A stretch of 58,877 bases of DNA, from contig NC_068984.1 of the NCBI RefSeq assembly GCF_001194135.2, forward strand, positions 110,645,010 through 110,703,886, written 5' to 3'. Below the pieces are notes generated by a model that was given only the letters and a program-made list of their open reading frames with translations, was not told the origin of the DNA and made no database searches. Below, in pieces: positions 1 to 11,555 of the stretch (its first letter is position 1; every line of letters begins with the position of its first letter). Source of the stretch: Octopus bimaculoides (lineage: Eukaryota). A program made the translations under genes and the position numbers.

Positions 1-586
1 CAAACAGGAGCGCATCCTCTTCCGCTTCTTGTGGAAAGGAAGCGTTCCGATGGTTAGGCGATCCGTTTGCTGCCAACACCCGTTAAAAGGAGGACTGGGC
101 ATGCCGTGGTTGATGATGCGCAGACACGCGCTGAGACTGCAACATCTCCGGCTCTACGTAGACAGCGGTGAACAGGTGTGGTCACCGTTTGTGCAGCGCG
201 CTTTCCCGCAGCTCGTCTCCATGACCGAACTGCAGTCGTGGATCAAGAAGAGGCCGAAGAAGGGCGAATGGCACCGCGAGTATCGCGCTGCTCTTCGGTA
301 ACTCCAACCACCCGGGTCAACCTTGAGCGACTTCATCACAACTAACTCATTCTATAGTGGATTAGTGGAGGGAAGGTACGACGATGATCTCGGGGCGAAC
401 CTGGGCGTCGACGAGGAATACCTGACCCGCCTGTTTAAGACGACCTTCAGGCCAGGACCTATGGACAACTTCCAGAGATCCCTGGCCTGGCAGTGCTATC
501 GAGAAGCACTACCCGTTCGGGATAAGCTCTACATGCATGGCTCGAGAAACACGGGGCCGACCTGTCTGAGATGCCGGCAGAGCGAN
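1..586 (+). mobile_element. L1/Tx1-clade LINE ORF2 C-terminal part (post-RT region plus zf-RVT), one in-frame stop; runs into gap
   Basis: One frame reads ILFRFLWKGSVPMVRRSVCCQHPLKGGLGMPWL...FQRSLAWQCYREALPVRDKLY...TCLRCRQS. The FLW...P..GGLG and W...R..LP....L..CxxC motifs are typical of L1/Tx1 ORF2. ORFs 29-301 and 323-586 are in the same frame, split only by TAA at 299-301. GC/CpG-rich compared with the flanks. Confidence 0.88.
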
Positions 587-1427
587 NNNNNNNNNNNNNN
601 NNNNNNNNNNNNNNNNNNNNNNNNNNNNNNNNNNNNNNNNNNNNNNNNNNNNNNNNNNNNNNNNNNNNNNNNNNNNNNNNNNNNNNNNNNNNNNNNNNNN
701 NNNNNNNNNNNNNNNNNNNNNNNNNNNNNNNNNNNNNNNNNNNNNNNNNNNNNNNNNNNNNNNNNNNNNNNNNNNNNNNNNNNNNNNNNNNNNNNNNNNN
801 NNNNNNNNNNNNNNNNNNNNNNNNNNNNNNNNNNNNNNNNNNNNNNNNNNNNNNNNNNNNNNNNNNNNNNNNNNNNNNNNNNNNNNNNNNNNNNNNNNNN
901 NNNNNNNNNNNNNNNNNNNNNNNNNNNNNNNNNNNNNNNNNNNNNNNNNNNNNNNNNNNNNNNNNNNNNNNNNNNNNNNNNNNNNNNNNNNNNNNNNNNN
1001 NNNNNNNNNNNNNNNNNNNNNNNNNNNNNNNNNNNNNNNNNNNNNNNNNNNNNNNNNNNNNNNNNNNNNNNNNNNNNNNNNNNNNNNNNNNNNNNNNNNN
1101 NNNNNNNNNNNNNNNNNNNNNNNNNNNNNNNNNNNNNNNNNNNNNNNNNNNNNNNNNNNNNNNNNNNNNNNNNNNNNNNNNNNNNNNNNNNNNNNNNNNN
1201 NNNNNNNNNNNNNNNNNNNNNNNNNNNNNNNNNNNNNNNNNNNNNNNNNNNNNNNNNNNNNNNNNNNNNNNNNNNNNNNNNNNNNNNNNNNNNNNNNNNN
1301 NNNNNNNNNNNNNNNNNNNNNNNNNNNNNNNNNNNNNNNNNNNNNNNNNNNNNNNNNNNNNNNNNNNNNNNNNNNNNNNNNNNNNNNNNNNNNNNNNNNN
1401 NNNNNNNNNNNNNNNNNNNNNNNNNNN

Positions 1428-1522
1428 NTTTTTTTTTTTTTTCCTTCCCCCTCCCAAAAAGAAAAGCTCTACATTGTATTTGTCCCATCTTCGTTGAGCC
1501 CTGTGTGGCTAATAAAAGAAAT
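1428..1522 (+). mobile_element. Probable 3' UTR and end of the Tx1-like LINE
   Basis: First sequence after the gap that interrupts the LINE ORF; ends in AATAAA (1511-1516) plus an A-rich run before simple repeats. Link across the gap is inferred. Confidence 0.4.
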
Positions 1523-1799
1523 GTATCTGTCTGTCTGTCTTTCTTCTTTTCATTCTTTCTGTGTACCTCCTTGTCAACTTACCTAATAAGTTCTCTCATT
1601 ACATTTTCATCTACTTATACACATACATATATATATCTGAGTGTGGGTGGGTATATAGATAGATAGATAGATAGATAGATATTCATTGAAGAGAATGAAG
1701 TAACTTGGACTAAGTTATGAAACAGCTGTAACCTCTGTTGAAATATTAAATTTCTTTGCTTCTCACACCTCCTTGGAATTTTGTTTATCACATACTCTA

Positions 1800-2000
1800 T
1801 GATTTTTGCTTATCATATGCTCCACAATATCCTATATTCTACGATGTTACTGTTTGTAAATCCCAGATTTTCAGTTACATCATCCTGTTGCATTACGTTG
1901 GAATTTAATCACCTTCATGACATGATAACCATGTTCTCAGCTAGAGTGCTTACTGTGGGCTTTAACAGGTTTTTTAAAATCCAACACTTCTAACAACATC
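1800..2000 (-). mobile_element. Possible highly decayed Tc1/mariner transposase N-terminal fragment
   Basis: Minus frame with stops KVIKFQRNATG*CN*KSG...I*DIVEHMISKNHRV loosely matches the R.IKRY..TG...RSG...I..V...I.RN pattern of mariner-type HTH regions. Confidence 0.3.
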
Positions 2001-2956
2001 ACCAAACTCACAGTGCTGATTGGCCAATAAAGCAATGCTATCCTGTGCATGCAAAGCAATGTTTCCTGTGCACACACACCAAAAACAGAGAAGCCAGCTC
2101 ACAATACCGTTTCTTTCAAGATTTTATGAAGAAGCAGCTCTAATATTGCAATAAAAGATAAAAGTACAAATGATCGACGTGCACTGTTTCTTATAACTTG
2201 CATTGTTTTGGCTTATAAAAGGTACAACCATTTATATATATATANNNNNNNNNNNNNNNNNNNNNNNNNNNNNNNNNNNNNNNNNNNNNNNNNNNNNNNN
2301 NNNNNNNNNNNNNNNNNNNNNNNNNNNNNNNNNNNNNNNNNNNNNNNNNNNNNNNNNNNNNNNNNNNNNNNNNNNNNNNNNNNNNNNNNNNNNNNNNNNN
2401 NNNNNNNNNNNNNNNNNNNNNNNNNNNNNNNNNNNNNNNNNNNNNNNNNNNNNNNNNNNNNNNNNNNNNNNNNNNNNNNNNNNNNNNNNNNNNNNNNNNN
2501 NNNNNNNNNNNNNNNNNNNNNNNNNNNNNNNNNNNNNNNNNNNNNNNNNNNNNNNNNNNNNNNNNNNNNNNNNNNNNNNNNNNNNNNNNNNNNNNNNNNN
2601 NNNNNNNNNNNNNNNNNNNNNNNNNNNNNNNNNNNNNNNNNNNNNNNNNNNNNNNNNNNNNNNNNNNNNNNNNNNNNNNNNNNNNNNNNNNNNNNNNNNN
2701 NNNNNNNNNNNNNNNNNNNNNNNNNNNNNNNNNNNNNNNNNNNNNNNNNNNNNNNNNNNNNNNNNNNNNNNNNNNNNNNNNNNNNNNNNNNNNNNNNNNN
2801 NNNNNNNNNNNNNNNNNNNNNNNNNNNNNNNNNNNNNNNNNNNNNNNNNNNNNNNNNNNNNNNNNNNNNNNNNNNNNNNNNNNNNNNNNNNNNNNNNNNN
2901 NNNNNNNNNNNNNNNNNNNNNNNNNNNNNNNNNNNNNNNNNNNNNNNNNNNNNNNN

Positions 2957-2999
<43 letters not shown>

Positions 3000-3556
3000 T
3001 AGGTTAACTGGCTAATAAAAAAAAAATTTTCAACAAGCTAAGTAACTCTGGCATCAGCATCTTTTCTGGTATTGTCAATCTGTATATCACTGATGGAGAG
3101 GCGAATCACTGCTGCCTCTAGCAGTTGAGTGTTCATCATTGACAAGACAAAACAAGGTTGATATCATATAATCTGGTGGTCTCAGCTTGTTATATAAACG
3201 AGAGTTCATTTTGTACCAAAAGCCAATATAAGAGTTTCTCCCATGGCAACTACTGCAGTATAGTTTGTTCTAAGAGAACATCCACGATTAAGTAGGGATA
3301 AATATTACCTCTCAGTATTAATATTACCTATGTTGCTAACATACGTGCACACATACACGCACATATGTATATATGGCTTGATTTTTGTATTTAGGTCCAT
3401 GTTTATATTTCCATCCTATAACTTAATATTTTGACAAGCAGAGGTTGATAAAATAATACCAGATTTTTAAATAAGGATTGGGGTTGATGTATATACACAT
3501 CAATACACACACACACACATACACACACACACATACACACACACACACATAGACAA

Positions 3557-3588
<32 letters not shown>

Positions 3589-4571
3589 TTGTCTATCTGT
3601 GGAATAATTAATCTATCTGAATCTCTAGTTGTCCATCATCTATCTACTTGTACACAGAAAAAGTGCAACTACACTCTTTTTTAATATAAACAAATCCACA
3701 CAAATGGATTTATGATTTATATTTTCCATTATTCTTTCAGTCTACAATCGAGGATTTTTTCTTATTGCATTTTTTAAATCTACATATATTTTTTCCCTCA
3801 TTTAATTTTTCTNNNNNNNNNNNNNNNNNNNNNNNNNNNNNNNNNNNNNNNNNNNNNNNNNNNNNNNNNNNNNNNNNNNNNNNNNNNNNNNNNNNNNNNN
3901 NNNNNNNNNNNNNNNNNNNNNNNNNNNNNNNNNNNNNNNNNNNNNNNNNNNNNNNNNNNNNNNNNNNNNNNNNNNNNNNNNNNNNNNNNNNNNNNNNNNN
4001 NNNNNNNNNNNNNNNNNNNNNNNNNNNNNNNNNNNNNNNNNNNNNNNNNNNNNNNNNNNNNNNNNNNNNNNNNNNNNNNNNNNNNNNNNNNNNNNNNNNN
4101 NNNNNNNNNNNNNNNNNNNNNNNNNNNNNNNNNNNNNNNNNNNNNNNNNNNNNNNNNNNNNNNNNNNNNNNNNNNNNNNNNNNNNNNNNNNNNNNNNNNN
4201 NNNNNNNNNNNNNNNNNNNNNNNNNNNNNNNNNNNNNNNNNNNNNNNNNNNNNNNNNNNNNNNNNNNNNNNNNNNNNNNNNNNNNNNNNNNNNNNNNNNN
4301 NNNNNNNNNNNNNNNNNNNNNNNNNNNNNNNNNNNNNNNNNNNNNNNNNNNNNNNNNNNNNNNNNNNNNNNNNNNNNNNNNNNNNNNNNNNNNNNNNNNN
4401 NNNNNNNNNNNNNNNNNNNNNNNNNNNAGCATGCTTCTTTCAGTATCTTTTACTAAATCCAATCACAATGCTTGGATTGGTTGAAGACACTTGCTCAAGG
4501 TGTCATGCATTGATTCTGAAATTGAAACCATTGGTTGGTAAACAAACCTCTTTACAATGCAGCCATAACTC

Positions 4572-4624
<53 letters not shown>

Positions 4625-5161
4625 ATGATAGTTGTCAATGTGTGTCACTATCATGCATATATTGTCATTAACTTCCAATGTTCAATGTAAACATGCCTGG
4701 ACATGGGGGGAAATATTAACTTTCTTGGAAACAGATGACGGTTAGCAACAGGAAGAGCATCCACACAGAAAATCTGTCCCATCAAATTCTGTCTGATCCA
4801 TGCAAGCATGGAAAAGTGGATGTTAAAACGATGATAATGATAGTGATGACAATGGTGGTGATGATGATGATGATGATGACGATGACAATGACAGTGACAA
4901 CAATGAATGTGGCGATGGATAGAGCAACGGAGGTGGTGATGGTGAGAGAGGAAGTGACAGAGTGAATGTTGATGACAATGAATTTATAATAAAGTATCTT
5001 TAAAAGAATCTTAGTCGTTAATTAACTGTTTACTTTATGGATCATTACCATTAAATGTTATTTGTTTCTTAACAATTACTGCAGATTCTAACAGAAGTTG
5101 CTAGTCTGAAGGAAATGAAGGAAGCACAAAAGCCATATAGAAGCTTCTTATTCTTTATGGT

Positions 5162-5164
<3 letters not shown>

Positions 5165-5233
<69 letters not shown>

Positions 5234-5419
5234 AGGAGAGAGACGGAGAATGAGAGAGGTGAGAGAGAGGCAGAGAGAGAATGAGAGAAAAAAGGGGGAA
5301 AGAGGGAGAGAGAGGGGAAGAGGGAGAGAGGGGAGAGAGAGAGAAAGGGAGAGAGAGAGGGAAGACAGAGACAGAAAGAAAGGGAGAGAGAGAATCAGAA
5401 AAGACAGAGACAAAGTTAC

Positions 5420-5460
<41 letters not shown>

Positions 5461-5465
5461 GAGAG
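5165..5465. repeat. (AG)n purine-rich simple repeat
   Basis: Direct inspection; source of the spurious ER/SL-repeat ORFs. Confidence 0.97.
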
Positions 5466-5742
5466 ACAGAAACGTGTCAGATAAAGTTGACAAAGACCTG
5501 CTGAATCTGTTTTATCAGACGTTTTCAATCAGCAGCCTTTGGTAATTCCATAGCTTATCTGATCTGGCAGGTAAAAGACTGGACAATAAAATAATTGGAA
5601 TCATGCTGATTTGAAGAGAGAAGGAAAACTATTGCAGCATCTGATTATTCTGAAGTTGGTAATTTAGTTTAAATTTAGATTTATTTCAAATATTATATTT
5701 TCATTAACTGCTCTCTAAAGGTTTCATGCTAAATAAAAGAAC

Positions 5743-5766
<24 letters not shown>

Positions 5767-5774
<8 letters not shown>

Positions 5775-6497
5775 TAATTTTATTTTTATAACGTGCTTTC
5801 ACTTCACTACCGAGCGCAGCTCTGTGTGCCTTGGGTATGTGCTGCGGTTTGCTGTGATGCTCTTATGGTTACTGTATTGAAAGTGTTTTGCGTAGGATGT
5901 GTTATTATTATTATTATTCAGTAGTTTTATTTTTATAGTGTACTTTCACTTCACTACCGAGTGCAACTCTGTGTGCCTTGGGTATGTGCTGTGGTTTGCT
6001 GTGATGCTCTTATGGTTACTGTATTGAAAGTGTTTTACATAGGATGTGTGCAGTGCCCAGTAGTGCACTTTTCTGTATGTTATATGTATTTGTAAGTTCT
6101 GGTATTTTTATTATGTATTTGTCTGAATATTTTTTTATTATACTTAAGGCGTCTACTATGATAGGAATTGTTTCTGTTTTTAGATTCCACATTCGAGTTA
6201 CCTCTATTTCCAGGTCTTTGTATTTTGAAAGTTTCTCCATTTCTTTTAGAGAAACGTCGTCATCTGCTGGTATTGATACATCAATTAGAAAGCATTTATT
6301 ATTATTATTGGAGAGTATTGTAGTTCGCTTGAAGCATTGTGTATTGTTTGTAAAGAATAAAAGTTTAGAATGGTACAACAATGCACTATAAAACAAAAAA
6401 ATGGACTATATACCTGTTGTAATTTGGTTATCTATAGTCCGATATTTCGGAATTACAATTCCTTCTTTGGATCTTCTTAGCTGGATTCTCTGCTATA
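5767..6497 (-). mobile_element. R4/Dong-like non-LTR retrotransposon 3' fragment (REL endonuclease C-terminus) with tandemly duplicated 3' end
   Basis: ORF 6016-6396: KCFLIDVSIPADDDVSLKEMEKLSKYKDLEIEVTRMWNLKTETIPIIVDALS...IQKSALLGTAHILCKTL, a classic REL tail. The 3' end of about 135 bp is present twice (about 5767-5901 and 5913-6047), each bounded by (ATT)n. Confidence 0.9.
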
Positions 6498-6572
6498 CTA
6501 ATAATAATAATAATAATAATAATAATTATTATTATTATTATTATTATCATATTATTAATATTACTATTTGTA

Positions 6573-6962
6573 AGGTGGTGAGCTAACAAATTTTAGCACA
6601 CTGGGTGAAATGCTTAGCGGTATTTCGTCTGTCTTTACGTTCTGAGTTCAAATTCCGCCGAGGTTGACTTTCCCTTTCATCCTTTTGAGGGTCGATAAAT
6701 TAAGTACTATTTGTGTACTGGGATTGATCTAATTGACTGGCCTTCTTCCCAAGAATTTCAGGCCTTGTGCCTAGAGTAGAAAAGATTATTATTATTATTG
6801 GTAGCAAGCTGGCAGAATTAGTGGCATGCCTGACAACATGCTTAGCAATATATTGTCTGCTTTTACATTCTGAGTTCAAATTCTGTTAAGACCAACTTTG
6901 TCTTTTTATCCTTTGAGGTCGATAAAATAAGTACCAGTCAAGTACTGGGGTCAATGCAATGA
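6573..6962 (+). mobile_element. Two tandem copies of tRNA-derived SINE family A
   Basis: GAGCTGGCAGAA head, GAGTTCAAATTC B-box-like motif and CCTTTCATCCTTT.GGGGTCGATAAA core; same family as 29250-29452, 33456-33680, 37087-37302 and 42290-42556. Confidence 0.85.
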
Positions 6963-6964
6963 TG

Positions 6965-7135
6965 TTGCTCATTTCAAGCTCCCATCCATTGACCAAAGCC
7001 AGTGGGCTTCACTTTCAAAGTTTTTCATTTGTTTCATGAATTGGCCATGCAGTTTTATTTCTTTCCATTTGTTCATTCTGTTGTTTTACCTTTTCTCTTT
7101 GAATTCTTCTACAGTTTCCGTCATCTTTTGAGTAT
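6965..7135 (-). mobile_element. R4/Dong-like LINE fragment upstream of the zinc knuckle (HGQ motif)
   Basis: Minus frame NKWKEIKLHGQFMKQMKNFESEAHWLWSMDGSLK matches W..K.LHGQ...W.WL..G.LK; correct order and strand relative to the REL fragment at 6016-6396. Confidence 0.75.
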
Positions 7136-8053
7136 CTTTTTTTTTTTTTTTGTTTCTTTGGCTGTGAAAAGCACTCTATTTTTACTCTGTAAATATTCTG
7201 CGCTCAATACCACATATTTGCTTGTCTGTTGCTTGACCTTAACCAGTTGAGCATGTCCCTAAATGGATAAAGACATGTGCATCACTGACTATCAGCAGAA
7301 GTAGTTGATAAATTCAGAAAGAACTGAGGTGGAATTTAACACAGAACAAAGAAAGCTGTAAAAGAATGCTGCAAGGAATCTGATGTGATCATCTTACATC
7401 GTTGTTCTAGCATCCATTTTCCCTAGCACACATGGGTCAAGCAGAGTTTATTGAAGTTGATTTTTTTCTATGGCGGGATGCTATTTATGTTTCCTTAGCC
7501 CTTACCTCTTTCCAAGTAAGGTAATATTTCCCCATGGCCAGGCATGTTTTTGCAGTATAATAGAAATGAACAACACTGATTGCATGATGGTAACAATCCT
7601 TTTCAACTTCCACATGATGCTGGAAAAGATGAACAGAAACACATACACTCACACATACAAGCACATATGCATACACATACACACACACATGCACATATAT
7701 ATTCAATGAGCTCCTTTCAGTTTTCATATAACAAATCCACTCACAATGCTTTGGTTGGTTCAGGGCTTCTGTAAAAGACACTTGCTCAAGGTACCACACA
7801 CTAGGACTGAAAACCAAACCACACAGTCATCATATAAACAAATTAGACACAACAAACGTTTAATATATTAAATAAATCAAATACAAAATATGTGTATATG
7901 TATATATGCAGAACGAGAGAGAGCAAAAGATGGAGACTTTCATATGATAAATTTTTACGTATAAATATATAGATACGTATATCAATATGCCCAATTTACA
8001 CACAGTACAAACGATAGAGAACACTAAATGGGTGGAAGAAAGGTATTATTATC

Positions 8054-8093
<40 letters not shown>

Positions 8094-8351
8094 NNNNNNN
8101 NNNNNNNNNNNNNNATAAGATCGATATTTAAAATATTGATCTTATCAAGTGGTCAGCATGGGAATAAAAACCATCAAAGGTAATAATCATTTAAAATTAT
8201 AATACAGGGTATTTAAGAGATACCGCCACGCTGAAAAATAGCAGTCAAATCCTGACTCTAAAACCACAATAAATGTCCACATAGTATAAGGAGCGAAGAC
8301 GAAGACCAAATAAATATATATATGTATATGCATATCAAACATAAATTGAAA

Positions 8352-8454
8352 ACGGAACACAAAGGATGTTTCAAGCTTTATACACAATCTGTCAATTACA
8401 TCAGTATAGGTTTATTGTTGATATAAAAGATGGTTTAAAGCTATCTTCAGCCGC
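8352..8454 (-). ncRNA. Type I hammerhead ribozyme motif with long stem II loop
   Basis: Minus strand: GCGG-CTGAAGA-TAGCTTTA-(55 nt)-TAAAGCTT-GAAA-CA-TCCTTTG-TGT-T-CCGT. Stem I GCGG/CCGT, 7-bp stem II after a T.T first pair, 3-bp stem III, GUU cleavage triplet. Confidence 0.7.
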
Positions 8455-8875
8455 AAACATTGCTAGTCCAAAGATTACATCACAAAAGAAAAAGATAAAA
8501 AAGTACACTTAGTACTTTTAATAGGTTTACCACATACCTTTAAAAAGGTATATTTGCATAAAAGTTTGTTGGATTTTAAAAATCTTCTCATACTGTACCA
8601 CAATTCAGCATAGAGTGAATGTTATAAAGGTATTATAAGGTATCATTATACATATATGTATAAAAGTATTATTATATATATACATGAGAGTCAATGACTA
8701 TTGAAGAGGCAGCAAGACAATGAAAATTTTAGAAAAAATAAATAAGTAAATGTGTGGAAATTGAACTAATGAGTATGTTAAGTAATAAGGTGCAAAATGA
8801 GAATGACTCTCCCCAGACACAATAATATATGTATATATATATGTATATCAAAAATTCTATTATCAGTTAGCAAAA

Positions 8876-8948
<73 letters not shown>

Positions 8949-10441
8949 ATTTGTGTGTGTGTGTGTGTGTGTATATATAGATATGTACACACACACACAC
9001 ACACACATATTTATATATGTATGTATGTATGTGTGTATGTGTACAGACAGGCGTCTTTCAGTTTCTACCTAATAGCAAATTCACTCACAAGGCTTTGGTG
9101 GGCTAGAGCTATAGTAGAAGACACATTCCCAAGGTATCACACAGTGGGACTGAACATGGAACCATGTAGCTGTGAAGCAAAATGCTGAGCTACACAGCCA
9201 CTCAACTGGTTCAGTAACAATTTAACCAACTCAAAAAAATGAAAGGCAAAGTTGACCCTTTTAGGATTTGATCTCAGTGCACAGATATTCAGAGCAAATA
9301 GTACAAGGCATTCAATCTGCTGCTCTAACAACTCTGCCAATTCATGTTTGTGTTTTATTAGACCTCGAAGCTGACCCCAAGTGGGATTTGATCTTAGGAT
9401 CAAAGTGGCACAAGACTTAAATACTATAATATATTTATCACCCAGCACTTGGCTCTATATGCCGTTTTTAAAACTGCCCTTTCGCTGTTACAATACATTA
9501 ACAAAAACAAAAGGAATCAATCCACAGTCTCAAGAAAGTCGTTCAATGCCAAATTCTTCAATATAACCATTTTCAATGAAAATCATTTAAACAAGACAAA
9601 AAGAAAAATGGAAAAAAACCCCCAAAAACTAAAATGTAAAGGTTAAGTGAAAAAATGTGTGTGTGTGTGTGTGCATGCACGTATTTGTGTGTATGTATGT
9701 GTGTGTATGTATGTGTGTGTATCTGTGTGTGCATGTATTTGTGCGTGTGTTTGTGCATGCATGTGAAAGTTTCTTGTTTTTTTACTTTCGTAAAGTTATC
9801 CTTCATTTATATTTGTTGTTGTCAGCAAATAACAAACACAAATTTCTTTGTTTTTTTTTTTTCGAATTTAAAAAATTTTTTCTATTTTTTTTTCTTTTTA
9901 CCTTATTCAAAAAAATTTTTTTCATTATTTATTTATTTGTCTATTTTTTTTATGCCCTTTCTTATTTGGAATTAGGCCAGAGGTTTAATTACAAACACTG
10001 CTATGTATGTCTGTGTATCTGTGGTGTGCTTACGGGAATTTTGGTTTGTATATGTCTATCTATGTTGTGTGTTAGGTATGTATGTATGTGTGTATTTAGG
10101 ATTTGGGAGAAACAGCAAGACAGACAGACAAACAGACAGTCAGACAGTCATACACAGAGAAGGAGAAGGAGAATGAGAAAGAAGGGATAGAATGTGAGAT
10201 ATGGATAAATTGGCCTCTTCAAGCAATGGAATAGATTCCAATAAAATAAAGTAGAAATACATTGATTTTTATTTATTTCTGTCGTTTTTTTCCTTCATTT
10301 TTCAATTACAAAAATATAGCAAAAACAAGTTTAAAATAAAGAATATATTCACAAAATAAAAAAAAACTTACTTAAGATCAAAATTACGAATACTAGTGAA
10401 ACACTGATACTAGCATGCTCACATTCATGTATATACATACC

Positions 10442-10478
<37 letters not shown>

Positions 10479-10564
10479 CAACATATACATATATCTATGT
10501 ACATACATATATGTATAATATATCTATCTATCAGTCTATACCAATATCTATATCTATCTATTTA

Positions 10565-10596
<32 letters not shown>

Positions 10597-10901
10597 GATA
10601 TAGGCAGATAGATATATGCAATCTTTTATTTTTTTTATTTGTTTTAGTCATTTGACTGCGGCCATGCTGAAGCACTGCTTTTTTGTCAAAGAAATCGCCC
10701 CCAGGACTTATTCTTTGTAAGCCTGGTATTTATTCTATCGGTATTTTTTGCCAAATTGCTAAGTTACAGGGATGTAAACACACCAACATCAGTTGTCAAG
10801 CGATGGTGGAAGGACAAACACAGGCACACAAACATATACATGTATACACATGATTGACAGCTAAAGCTTTTTTTATTCTCTCTGTTTATTTTCTCGCGTT
10901 C

Positions 10902-10937
10902 CTTTCTGTTGAAGAGCATAGGCTCGAAGCGTAAAAG
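10902..10937 (+). ncRNA. Degenerate minimal (PLE-type) hammerhead ribozyme
   Basis: CTTT-CTGTTGA-A-GAGC-ATAG-GCTC-GAAG-CGT-A-AAAG. Perfect stems I and II, palindromic stem III remnant, two core substitutions (A6>T, A15.1>G). Confidence 0.6.
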
Positions 10938-11023
10938 ACTTTCTCACCTTCCCAAGCATTAAACTAATACACCTGCTTGTTGTTTACACACCTGTCTTCG
11001 TCTTTTGTTTTTTTTGTAAATTC

Positions 11024-11058
<35 letters not shown>

Positions 11059-11530
11059 TCATCATCATCATTTAACGTCCACTTTCCATGCTAACATGGG
11101 TTGGACGATTTGACTGAGGACTGGTGGACCAGGTGGCTACACCAAGCTCCAATCTGATTTGGCAGAGTTTCTACAGCTCGATGCCCTTTCTAACGCCAAC
11201 ATGCTTCTTTCAGTTTCTGTCTACCAAATCCCCTCACAAGACTTTGGTCGGCCCAAGGTTAAAGTAGATGACACTTTCCCCAAGGTACCATGCAAAGAGA
11301 CTGAACCCAGAACCATGTGGTTGGTAAGCAAGCTACTTACCACACAGCCACCCCTACACCTATGTGGATGTTCAATTAGAAAAAAAAAAAGAAAAAACTT
11401 TACTGCGGTGGTTGACATGAGAAAAACCTTCAAATTAGCTTTTTGGTGCAAATTGCACTCTCATTTATATTGCTAAAGAGGAGATGAATCGCACTTCTAC
11501 GTCAAGTATTGAGATCATCGAGTCACATGA

Positions 11531-11555
11531 TTTCGACCTTGTTTGGCCTTGTCAG
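11531..11555 (-). ncRNA. Degenerate hammerhead core
   Basis: Minus strand CTGACAA-GGCC-AAACAA-GGTC-GAAA; G8>A substitution; stem I not clearly recoverable. Confidence 0.45.

Noticed and set aside
3090-3270. Minus frame NKLYCSSCHGRNS (LIM-like) and LLNRGCSLRT (P4-ATPase-like) in an adjacent frame
   Set aside because: Both matches are short and mutually exclusive, with no partner exons; chance or decayed TE is more likely.
5069-5528. ER-repeat and SL-repeat ORFs
   Set aside because: They are translations of the (AG)n microsatellite.
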